A stretch of DNA of 23,091 nt. Source: Chthonomonadales bacterium (GTDB lineage Bacteria > Armatimonadota > Chthonomonadetes > Chthonomonadales > Chthonomonadaceae). The position numbers and the translations under genes are program-made. The notes under the pieces are model-generated. The model saw only the letters and a list, made by a program, of their open reading frames with translations. It was not told the origin of the DNA and did no database searches. Positions 9,236 to 16,945 of this stretch are shown one piece after another. Where the stretch lies: assembly GCA_038217285.1 (NCBI GenBank), contig JBBQPO010000066.1, positions 1 through 23,091 on the forward strand, read 5' to 3'. The first letter of the stretch is position 1; every line of letters starts with the position of its first letter.

Positions 9236-10390
9236 TCAATTGCGGATGGCTTTCCAATAGGCCTCCACGGTTCTACGCGCGATCTGGGCATACGAACGCT
9301 CGATACAAAACCGGCCCGCGCCAGCGCTAAGGGAGTTGCGCATAACCGCATCGGGAAGCAGCCCTGCGATCTGTTCTCCAAGCGCCGCAGCGTTCCCCTC
9401 CGGGAACAGGGTAAGACTGCCGGGGCACTGCGCGAGCAGCTCACGATGGGGAGGAATGTCGGATGCGATGACCGGTAGACCGTAGGCGAGCAGGTGCGCC
9501 AGCGAGGCCGAGCCGGAGGACTGAATAAAAGGCGCCAGAGCGACATCCGCTGCGGCCATGACATCTGGAATGCGGTCCTCCGGCAGATAGCCGGTGATGA
9601 GCACCCGTCGTTCCAGCCCGTAAGCGGCGATGCTCTCCTTCAGACGGTCAACGTAGTCGGACGGATCGTCGGGATGCCGCTCCCCCGCGAATACCAGTAC
9701 GATATCGTCCGGCAGGCCCTTCAGCGCCTTCAGGGCGACCGAATGTCCTTTCTTCGTGGCCAGGAAGCCGAACATCAACAAAACGCGCTTACCGCCGATG
9801 CCCAGAGCTGTTTGAGCAGCCGCCCTGTTCGGAAGAGGGCCGACGGGAGGTACTCCAACGGGTATCACCGTCAGACGGGCTTTGTCAATGCCCATCGACG
9901 CGAGTTTCTTGACATCCGCCTGCGTATGGACGATGATCTGTCTAATGATGGGGTGCCGAAAATTACGTCGGTTGGTGAATGCGATCAGCGCCCGTTTCCA
10001 CCCTATCGCTCCTCCATCGGCGACCTCATGGACTGTCATGACGACGGGAACCCGGACGGCATTTAGGAGCGCTGCGAAGTGGTTTTTATGCGGAGCGACA
10101 CCCCCATAAAAGAAATATTGATGCTGAATATGAACGACGTCGCCTCCGTTCAGCCGGTGGCCGAGCGCACGAAACTTGTGCTCATCAGAGATGTAGTGTT
10201 TCAACGCGCTGAACGTACTGGAGCGGACAGCTCCTTCCGGCGTAGCAACCAGCGTCACCTCCCCAACCTCAGGGAGTTCGCGCAAACTGTTCACCAGCAG
10301 ACGGGTATAGTCGCCGATGCCGCACCGTTCTCGAGTCGGGGCGAGCATCGAAACCTTCAGCGGATTCGAAGATATCTCAGCGACAGGCAT
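9236..10390 (-). CDS. Glycosyltransferase family 4 (GT-B)
   Basis: 'CGIGDYT', 'VVHIQH', 'VVMTVHE', 'FGFLATKKG', 'ADVALAPF...GLPVIASDIP'. Confidence 0.92.
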   Translation of the reverse strand: MPVAEISSNPLKVSMLAPTRERCGIGDYTRLLVNSLRELPEVGEVTLVATPEGAVRSSTFSALKHYISDEHKFRALGHRLNGGDVVHIQHQYFFYGGVAPHKNHFAALLNAVRVPVVMTVHEVADGGAIGWKRALIAFTNRRNFRHPIIRQIIVHTQADVKKLASMGIDKARLTVIPVGVPPVGPLPNRAAAQTALGIGGKRVLLMFGFLATKKGHSVALKALKGLPDDIVLVFAGERHPDDPSDYVDRLKESIAAYGLERRVLITGYLPEDRIPDVMAAADVALAPFIQSSGSASLAHLLAYGLPVIASDIPPHRELLAQCPGSLTLFPEGNAAALGEQIAGLLPDAVMRNSLSAGAGRFCIERSYAQIARRTVEAYWKAIRN

Positions 10391-10396
10391 CGCGTC

Positions 10397-11356
10397 CTAT
10401 GCCAATCCGTCCGCCGCACCGAATTCACGCAGAAATGCCAGCGTCTCGTCGAAGGAGCGAATGCCGGTCGTCGCGCCCAGCGCGGTAACACAGGAGGCGC
10501 CTACACCGGTAGCGAAACGCGCGCACTGTTCGAGGTTCCAACCTCGCACCAGTCCTGCCAGAAATCCTGCAACGAACGCATCTCCGGCGCCCAGGGCGTC
10601 GATTGCCTTTACCGGAAGGGCCGCAAGGCGCACGGTCTCTCCCCCTGCCGACCGCACGTAGCAGCCTTCGTGGCCCAGCTTCAGAGCCACGACCTTCGCC
10701 CCGGCGTCCAGCAGGAACTGCGCAACATCCTCCGCCCCTTTCACGCCGCCGCCGGCCAGCATCCGCGCCTCTTCGTAACTCGGCAGGAAATAGTCGACGT
10801 AAGGCAGGCTGGGTCCGGTCAGTTCCATCCAACGGCCGGTCGCGTCCCACACCGTGTCGAGCGCTGTAGTGACTCCGACAGATTTCGCCTGTTTGAGCAG
10901 TTTCGCCATCGGCGCCCCATCGAAGGAAGGCATCACCTGCGCCCCGGCGACATGGAGAATTTTGCTGCTCTTGACCCGCTCGAAATCGATATCCTCTGCC
11001 CGAAAGGTGGCGTTCGCACCAAGGTAATGTAAAAAGCTCCGTTCGCCATCGCTATGCACCAGAACCATCGTCGCGGAAGTTGCCGTGTCGTTATCCCGAA
11101 CCACCGCGCCGACATCGATTCCGTACGTCTCGAACTGCCGCACCATAAAATCCCCGAACCCGTCTCTGCCGACTTTGCCTATGATCGCCGTCTCAACGCC
11201 AAGCTTCGCCAAACCGACGCCGGTGTTCGCCGCGCAGCCACCGGAATGGAGCTCCATTCGCTCGACGAGGGCCAGTTTACCACGTCCCGGCAGCGCGTTG
11301 ATCGGCTTACCGACGACATCCGCCACTAGAATCCCCACACACGTTACTTCGGGCAC
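10397..11356 (-). CDS. PfkB/ribokinase-family carbohydrate kinase
   Basis: PfkB signatures 'GGCAANTGVGLAKLG..GKVGRDGFG' and 'DALGAGDAFVAGF'; GTG start with AAGGAGG RBS. Confidence 0.95.
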   Translation of the reverse strand: MPEVTCVGILVADVVGKPINALPGRGKLALVERMELHSGGCAANTGVGLAKLGVETAIIGKVGRDGFGDFMVRQFETYGIDVGAVVRDNDTATSATMVLVHSDGERSFLHYLGANATFRAEDIDFERVKSSKILHVAGAQVMPSFDGAPMAKLLKQAKSVGVTTALDTVWDATGRWMELTGPSLPYVDYFLPSYEEARMLAGGGVKGAEDVAQFLLDAGAKVVALKLGHEGCYVRSAGGETVRLAALPVKAIDALGAGDAFVAGFLAGLVRGWNLEQCARFATGVGASCVTALGATTGIRSFDETLAFLREFGAADGLA

Positions 11357-11360
11357 TTCG

Positions 11361-12215
11361 CTATACCTCCTTCGTCGGCGTCAATTCATCGTAATCCGCC
11401 AGATCTATCACGCCATATTTGGCCATCAGCGCCATCGTCGAGACCGTCGTCAAGATGCAGACCCCGCCCAGCCACAACATTGCCGCGCCGACCGCCGTCA
11501 ACAGAGCAAGGATCGTCCAGGCCAGCGTAGCAAGACCGAGCCCCATGGAAAACAGAGGTTCGCCCACCACGAGAAAGAAAGAACGCCGAATAACAGCCTT
11601 GGCTCCGCGCTTCGCCGATCGGCCCGGTTCGTCGAACGCGCCCGTTTCCTGCAATATCAGAAGCGGCCCTTGATAGACAGCCATCGCGCTCCAGAACAGC
11701 AGAATATAGAGACACAGCACCACGGCGGCCCGGCCAGGCAGGCCACCTAGCTGCAGGTAGAAGGTCATATTCAGAGCCACCACCAAACTAACGATGAAAT
11801 GCAAAAATCCGAGGCGAATCGCAACGGCGCTGAACTGTCGCAGTCCCTGGCGAAAACGAAGGAACGTGATTTCTCGGTGACTGGCGATCCTCAAGGCCAT
11901 ATCGAACGATACGGCAACCAGAGGGGAGAGCGCGGTTACCGCGATCAGCCCGACGCAGAAGGCGCGCAGGAGAGCGGGCAGCGCCACGGGAACAAGCAAC
12001 CCTAGCGTCAAACTGAGCAGTAAGACCACGGTGCCGGTAAGGCTCACGAGGAGAACGATGCCGAGGCGGTCCCAGATCAGCCGAAAGGCGATACGCAACG
12101 AACGACCGAGACGCGCGGGCGGTAAAGCGGCCTTGGAAGGGCCGCTTCCGTCCGGAGCGTTTCGGTCGTCTGAGGAACCGGTGTCAGGTTGAATGGACGG
12201 AACTTCGGGCTTCAT
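11361..12215 (-). CDS. Multi-pass membrane protein of unknown function (YesL/DUF624-like topology)
   Basis: 284 aa with about 6 hydrophobic segments; 4-bp gap to the kinase gene. Family resemblance is tentative. Confidence 0.75.
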   Translation of the reverse strand: MKPEVPSIQPDTGSSDDRNAPDGSGPSKAALPPARLGRSLRIAFRLIWDRLGIVLLVSLTGTVVLLLSLTLGLLVPVALPALLRAFCVGLIAVTALSPLVAVSFDMALRIASHREITFLRFRQGLRQFSAVAIRLGFLHFIVSLVVALNMTFYLQLGGLPGRAAVVLCLYILLFWSAMAVYQGPLLILQETGAFDEPGRSAKRGAKAVIRRSFFLVVGEPLFSMGLGLATLAWTILALLTAVGAAMLWLGGVCILTTVSTMALMAKYGVIDLADYDELTPTKEV

Positions 12216-12271
12216 ACTCGATCAGTTCGTCAGAGTCCAGGCAAAATCCTGCAGGTGCAGCGCACTGCCGA

Positions 12272-12649
12272 TCACGAGGCCAAGCGCAGTTTGAGTGGCA
12301 CCCAGGCCATCTTTGGGTCAGGAAGACGGGTGCAGATCGCTTGCACGAGTTGGCCGGAGCACGTGTTGACCGTAACGATGGTGCAGTGGCCTCCGGACCG
12401 CAGGTAGATGTCCCACTGGGCATAGGGCTTCCTGAGCACTCCAACGATACGCCACTCTTCGGCGGGCCGTTCTATTTTCAGGGCGTGAAACCAGTCCCAC
12501 GCCAGATTGACGGCCTCGGTTCGGCGCGACGGTTCGTTGAAAGGGCGACATGATTCTGGATCACGTTGTACTGCAGGGACTGTTGCCCTACTTATTTTCT
12601 GTCTCCATAAATGGATCTGCTCCCCAAAACAAAAAGAAAGTCGCCTCAT
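12272..12649 (-). CDS. Small hypothetical protein (125 aa)
   Basis: Its ATG overlaps the upstream ORF stop (TAATG). Trp/Cys-containing, plausibly folded C-terminal half. Co-oriented with neighbours. Confidence 0.55.
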   Translation of the reverse strand: MRRLSFCFGEQIHLWRQKISRATVPAVQRDPESCRPFNEPSRRTEAVNLAWDWFHALKIERPAEEWRIVGVLRKPYAQWDIYLRSGGHCTIVTVNTCSGQLVQAICTRLPDPKMAWVPLKLRLAS

Positions 12650-12846
12650 TACTTCGAGACGCGCAGCCCCTTTCGAACGGTCCGTTGGGCGTATCCAACC
12701 GGACTTCCCGGCAGATCACCGAGCGTATCGGTGCCCGGTTTCGCTGTCTCCGCCCCTGGTTTATCTCGGAGTACACCGTCCGCGCGTCCGAACCGATCAA
12801 ATATGCGCCGCCAGCCGGAGGTGCGATCCGTAGGCATCTTGCTCAT
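12649..12846 (-). CDS. Small hypothetical protein (65 aa, MSKMPTDRTSGWRRIFDRFGR...)
   Basis: Strong RBS GGAAGGAG just before ATG 12846; stop is coupled to the next start. Confidence 0.6.
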   Translation of the reverse strand: MSKMPTDRTSGWRRIFDRFGRADGVLRDKPGAETAKPGTDTLGDLPGSPVGYAQRTVRKGLRVSK

Positions 12847-12863
12847 CGTAGTGTCTCCTTCCA

Positions 12864-12886
12864 TGAGCAGGCATTTTGCCTGCTCA
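12864..12886. promoter_or_regulatory. Perfect 10-bp inverted repeat abutting the RBS of the 65-aa ORF
   Basis: TGAGCAGGCA-TTT-TGCCTGCTCA. Confidence 0.6.
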
Positions 12887-12984
12887 CAGAACAGACTCCG
12901 TGTGCGCCGATCCGGTTTCACCATTGTAATGTAAATATCCACCCCGATGCTTCTTCATTTGTGCGAATTCCGCCGGAACGTCAT

Positions 12985-13002
12985 TTGTAACGAATTTCAC
13001 AA
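12985..13002. promoter_or_regulatory. Rex operator (ROP)
   Basis: TTGTAAC-GAAT-TTCACAA versus consensus TTGTGAA-N4-TTCACAA (12/14), located upstream of rex. Confidence 0.8.
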
Positions 13003-13007
13003 ACGAC

Positions 13008-13074
13008 TTGACCTGTAGTCAGGGGTATCAGGTATCATAATCGCGGGTCGCGGGGTCAAACTTCTTGGTATACT
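13008..13074 (+). promoter_or_regulatory. Candidate rex operon promoter(s)
   Basis: TTGACC (13008-13013) with TATCAT 19 nt later, and a separate extended -10 TGGTATACT (13066-13074). Confidence 0.4.
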
Positions 13075-13112
13075 TACCCCGTTTAACAGGGCGGTGCGAT
13101 AAGGTGGCGAAT

Positions 13113-13889
13113 GTGAACTCTAACAGTAACGGGCGAGTCCCGGTGCCTACGCTGGAACGCCTGGCAACTTACCTGCGCTTCCTCATCGATCTGGAACAGT
13201 CTGGAGTAGATACCATATCCTCCGCCGAAGTAGAGCGCCAGACAGGTATCAACGCGGCCCAGTTCCGCAAGGACCTTTCGGTTTTCTATCCCTATTTCGG
13301 GGAGTTTGGGAAGCCGGGAGTAGGTTATAACGTCTCGGAACTCAAGAGACGAATCGCCCGGATCCTGAAAATAGACACAGAACAGCGTATCGTTCTGGTC
13401 GGCGCTGGCAACCTTGGATCGGCTCTGGTCGGATACCCCGGCCTGAAGGAACATCACTTTACTCTCGTGGCTGTTTTTGATAACAACACGGCGAAGATCG
13501 GGCAGCCGCTCTGGGGGTTGACGATCCACGATGTCCATCGGATAACGGACATAAATTTGGACCTCCAGGCACGCATCGCCATCCTCGCGGTTCCGGCCAC
13601 CTCCGCACAACATGTTGCCGAACTTCTCGTCGAAGCCGGTATACGCGCCATTTTGAACTTCGCCCCGGTACTTTTGCGCGTGCCCGAGCACGTTTTTGTA
13701 CGCAATGTCTCTTTTCTTCAAGAGCTGGCCGTGCTTTCCTATCATCTCTCCACCGCCGACGAGGGCGAAGAGGATCACCTGTCGCCGAAGGAGGCCCAGC
13801 AGACCTTCGGGGCGAAATCGCCGGACCCGGACGCCCTGGAGATCGAAGCCGCGCACTCCCCGACGGCACGTACGCGCAAGCAGGAGTAG
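13113..13889 (+). CDS. rex: Redox-sensing transcriptional repressor Rex
   Basis: 'PTLERLATY', 'QFRKDLS....YFGEFGKPGVGY', Rossmann 'VGAGNLGSAL', 'AILNFAP'. GTG 13113 preceded by AAGGTGG (ORF is open from 13065). Confidence 0.95.
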   Translation: MNSNSNGRVPVPTLERLATYLRFLIDLEQSGVDTISSAEVERQTGINAAQFRKDLSVFYPYFGEFGKPGVGYNVSELKRRIARILKIDTEQRIVLVGAGNLGSALVGYPGLKEHHFTLVAVFDNNTAKIGQPLWGLTIHDVHRITDINLDLQARIAILAVPATSAQHVAELLVEAGIRAILNFAPVLLRVPEHVFVRNVSFLQELAVLSYHLSTADEGEEDHLSPKEAQQTFGAKSPDPDALEIEAAHSPTARTRKQE

Positions 13890-13898
13890 CCCGTCTCC

Positions 13899-14549
13899 AT
13901 GTCTCTCTACTATCCCATCTATCTCGCCATCGAAGGCAAGACCTGCGTCGTCGTCGGCGGCGGAGCGGTGGCAGAACGGAGAGTGCTGGGGCTTCAGGAG
14001 GCCCGCGCCGAGGTGCGGGTGATCAGTCCGACGCTGACGCCTGCTCTTGCACTTTTGGCAGAACGCAAGAGAATCCAGTATCGAAACGGCGTCTATGAAC
14101 CTTCCGCGCTCGAGGGCGTCGTACTGGCTGTGGCGGCGACGAACTCTCGGGAGGTAAACGCCCGAATCGTTGCGGACGCACAGGCCCGTCGAATCCTGGT
14201 CAACGCCGCAGATTCCCCGGACGACGGCGACTATATCGTGCCTTCGGTGGTTCGCCGGGGCGAGCTTTGCGTTAGCATCTCCACCGGAGGCGCCAATCCG
14301 ATGCTCGCCGCGCGCCTCGCAACAGAGATCGAAACCCGTTTTGGACCGGAATATGCCGATTATGTGGAACTCCTGGGGCAAATGCGGCTCTATATAAAGA
14401 GTAAGACCGAGATTGCGGCAGTACGCCGCCGTGCCCTTGCCGACCTGCTCGCTGCCGAGCCGCTCTTGTTGGAACGACTCGAGTCCGGTGACACACAGAC
14501 CGCGCAGGCGGTCGCTACCGAAATCGTGGACGCCGTACTGAACGCGTGA
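13899..14549 (+). CDS. sirC: Precorrin-2 dehydrogenase / sirohydrochlorin ferrochelatase (CysG N-terminal/SirC/Met8 type)
   Basis: 'YPIYL..EGKTCVVVGGGAVAERRV', 'LVNAADSP..GDYIVPSVVRRGEL.VSISTGGANP'; GGAG RBS. Confidence 0.92.
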   Translation: MSLYYPIYLAIEGKTCVVVGGGAVAERRVLGLQEARAEVRVISPTLTPALALLAERKRIQYRNGVYEPSALEGVVLAVAATNSREVNARIVADAQARRILVNAADSPDDGDYIVPSVVRRGELCVSISTGGANPMLAARLATEIETRFGPEYADYVELLGQMRLYIKSKTEIAAVRRRALADLLAAEPLLLERLESGDTQTAQAVATEIVDAVLNA

Positions 14550-14568
14550 CGCCCCCTGGAGCCTGAGA

Positions 14569-15984
14569 TTGCATCTGGTACTCGTCGGACTGAGTCATCA
14601 TATCGCGCCTATCGCCGTCCGTGAGCGAGTCAACTGCTCTGAGTCGCAGTTGCCCCATGCGCTCCTGGCTGCGTCCGAATGCCCCAATATCCGCGAAGTC
14701 GTTATTCTTTCGACATGCAACCGCATGGAGATCTATGCGCTTGTTGATGCGCTGCACCTCTCCGACGCGTACGATCCGATTGTTCGGCATCTGGCCGTCC
14801 ATCACCGTGTTCCGGAAGCCGAGTTGAAACCCTACCTCTACACTCTGCACGATCAGGAAACGGTGCTGCACCTCATGCGTGTGACGGCGGGCCTCGATTC
14901 CCTGGTTCTTGGCGAAGCGCAGATTCTTGGCCAGGTGAAAGCGGCGCTGCGTTCGGCGCAGGCGGCCGATACCATCGGAAGCACCCTCACCGCGCTCTTT
15001 CAACAGTCGATCAGCGCAGGCCGCCGGACGCAGGCCGAAACCGGGCTGGGCAAAGGCGCTTTTTCCATCGGCCATGCCGCCGTCGATCTCGCCGGCAAAG
15101 TGTTCGGGGAACTGTCCCATGCCAGCGTACTGATCCTCGGCGCGGGCAAAATGAGCGAAGTCACGGCCCGGCATCTCCGCAACAGCGGTGTGGCGTCCGT
15201 TTTGGTCGCCAATCGGACGTTTGCGCGGGCAGAATCTCTGGCATCGAAACTCGGCGGACGGGCCATTCATTACGACTCCTTTCCCGACGAGTTGCGCCGG
15301 GCCGACATCGTCATCGCTTCGACCGCCGCACCCCACCCGATCATCACGCGCGCAACCCTGGCACCCGTGCTGCGCAAACGGCGCGGAAATCCGCTAATTC
15401 TGATCGACATCGCCGTTCCGCGCGACATCGACACGGACGTCCTGAGCCTGGACAACGTTTTCCTCTACAATATCGACGACCTCCAGGCCGTCGTGGCCCA
15501 GGAGGCGCAGGGACGCCGCAGCGAAGTCGGCCACGCCGAAACGATCCTTGACGACGAGTGCGCGAAGTTCCAGAACTGGCGTCGCACCCGGGAGGCTGCC
15601 CCCATCATCACCCTACTAAGGCAAAAGCTGGATCGGATTCGGGAAGAGGAGTTGGTTCTGCTGCGTTCGCAACTGCCCGGCCTGACGGACCGGGAGTGGC
15701 AGAAGGTCGAAGCGGCCTTTCGCTCGATGTCCACCAAAGTTGCGAAGGAGCCCATTCTGCGTCTGAAGCGAGAAGCTGGTGGAGGCATGCCGCAGGGCCA
15801 TACAGACGCCCTGACCTATGACCTGCTGACAGCCACGAGCGAGATTTTCAACCTGGAGGCCGAGCCGAGATCGACCGAAGCCGTCCCCGCCATCGTCGCA
15901 GAGTTCACACCGGACGCGACGCCGGTTCCGCTGTCGGCAGGCAGGTTAGAGGCCGTGATTAGTCGGCAGGAGGTGGAAACATGA
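14569..15984 (+). CDS. hemA: Glutamyl-tRNA reductase
   Basis: 'GLSHHIAPIAVRE', catalytic 'STCNRMEIY', 'GLDSLVLGEAQILGQVK', 'GAGKM', 'IDIAVPRDID'; TTG start. Confidence 0.97.
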   Translation: MHLVLVGLSHHIAPIAVRERVNCSESQLPHALLAASECPNIREVVILSTCNRMEIYALVDALHLSDAYDPIVRHLAVHHRVPEAELKPYLYTLHDQETVLHLMRVTAGLDSLVLGEAQILGQVKAALRSAQAADTIGSTLTALFQQSISAGRRTQAETGLGKGAFSIGHAAVDLAGKVFGELSHASVLILGAGKMSEVTARHLRNSGVASVLVANRTFARAESLASKLGGRAIHYDSFPDELRRADIVIASTAAPHPIITRATLAPVLRKRRGNPLILIDIAVPRDIDTDVLSLDNVFLYNIDDLQAVVAQEAQGRRSEVGHAETILDDECAKFQNWRRTREAAPIITLLRQKLDRIREEELVLLRSQLPGLTDREWQKVEAAFRSMSTKVAKEPILRLKREAGGGMPQGHTDALTYDLLTATSEIFNLEAEPRSTEAVPAIVAEFTPDATPVPLSAGRLEAVISRQEVET

Positions 15985-16838
15985 CATACGCCATCCTGAC
16001 AGTGATCGCTCTGGGCTGCTACCTGGCCTCATCGGCCTGCAATGGGGCGGTTCTCTTTCTGAATGCGCCCGCTGCTCCGGCAGGCGTTTCGGCTCTACCG
16101 GCGACGAGCCAAATCACGCGGTATGGGCGGCCACTGCTTTTTCTAGGCATAGCGGTGCATTTTTTTGCTATCGGAATGTGGTGTGTTTCGACCCACAACT
16201 CCCCTTTCGCCAGTGAGACCGGTACTCTGACTGTTCTGGCCTGGGCCATCGCCATCGCGATGGCGGTGCTGGACTATCGCGGTCGGCTACCGGCAGTGAG
16301 CGCTGTCGCATTGCTGGTGGCCTGCCTGGCCCTCACCGGCGGCGTGCTCCTGGCACACGAGTCCAGCGCCGGTACGCCGGCGCTGCGCAGCCAGATCATC
16401 AATCTGCATGTCCTGGCGATTGTGGCGGGTTTCGGACTGTTCGCCGTCGCGTTCGGCTGCGCCGCTCTCTATCTGCTGCAAAACCGCGCCCTGCGCGAGA
16501 AACCCGGTCAGGGCCTTTTCCGCAAACTTCCGCCGCTGGCCACTCTGGATGCAGTGGCCTATCGCTCCGTCGCGTTTGCCCTGCCGCTCCTGACGCTCGG
16601 CCTGGGGATCGGCTTCGAGCAGGCGTTTGCGGGCAAGGGGGCACACTCCGTTACCACCCTGTTTGCCGACCCACGTATCGACCTGTCGCTGGTGGTCTGG
16701 TTCAACTACGTTGTCTACCTGGGAGCGCGTCTGCTGCTAGGCTGGAGAGGGGTGCGGCTCCAGTATATTCTGCTTGTCGGTATGCTGATTGCACTGACCC
16801 TCTATCTCATCCCGACCTCGACACATCGGTTCAGTTGA
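15981..16838 (+). CDS. ccsA: Cytochrome c assembly family membrane protein (CcsA/HemX-like)
   Basis: About 8 TM segments; 'INLHVLA', 'ALYLLQNRALR...KLPPLATLD', 'LLGWRG'. ATGA overlap with hemA. Lacks a canonical WWD motif, so it is more HemX-like. Confidence 0.8.
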   Translation: MTYAILTVIALGCYLASSACNGAVLFLNAPAAPAGVSALPATSQITRYGRPLLFLGIAVHFFAIGMWCVSTHNSPFASETGTLTVLAWAIAIAMAVLDYRGRLPAVSAVALLVACLALTGGVLLAHESSAGTPALRSQIINLHVLAIVAGFGLFAVAFGCAALYLLQNRALREKPGQGLFRKLPPLATLDAVAYRSVAFALPLLTLGLGIGFEQAFAGKGAHSVTTLFADPRIDLSLVVWFNYVVYLGARLLLGWRGVRLQYILLVGMLIALTLYLIPTSTHRFS

Positions 16839-16863
16839 CACCGGGGCTCTTTTCGAGTAAACT
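16835..16863 (+). promoter_or_regulatory. Sigma70-type promoter
   Basis: TTGACA (16835-16840)-N17-TAAACT (16858-16863); the -35 overlaps the upstream TGA stop. Confidence 0.75.
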
Positions 16864-16945
16864 GAAACGATTCGTCTGCCGTGTGCCGAACGGATGGCAG
16901 GCGCACGATTTTCACGACTGTGTCTGAATGAGGAACCGCATCACT

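Noticed and set aside
9236..10390. GT4 as a pteridine glycosyltransferase linked to PTPS-folE
   Set aside because: It is over 7 kb away on the opposite strand in a different unit, and no sequence feature supports that specificity.
10079..11032. 317-aa plus-strand ORF
   Set aside because: Lies opposite the PfkB kinase and GT4 genes; no family features.
12847..12942. N-terminal extension of the small ORF (97-aa version)
   Set aside because: It covers the hairpin and AT-rich promoter-like DNA; the RBS supports ATG 12846.
12550..12990. 146-aa plus-strand ORF and other overlapping ORFs in the 12.2-13.0 kb gap
   Set aside because: No clear RBS and it runs into the Rex operator. The minus-strand pair has a strong RBS and TAATG coupling.
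13065..13112. TTG-started extension of Rex
   Set aside because: It overlaps an extended -10 candidate; GTG 13113 has a better RBS and fits the usual Rex N-terminus.
13083..14381. 432-aa minus-strand ORF
   Set aside because: Antisense shadow of rex and sirC with no recognisable motifs; long shadow ORFs are expected in GC-rich DNA.
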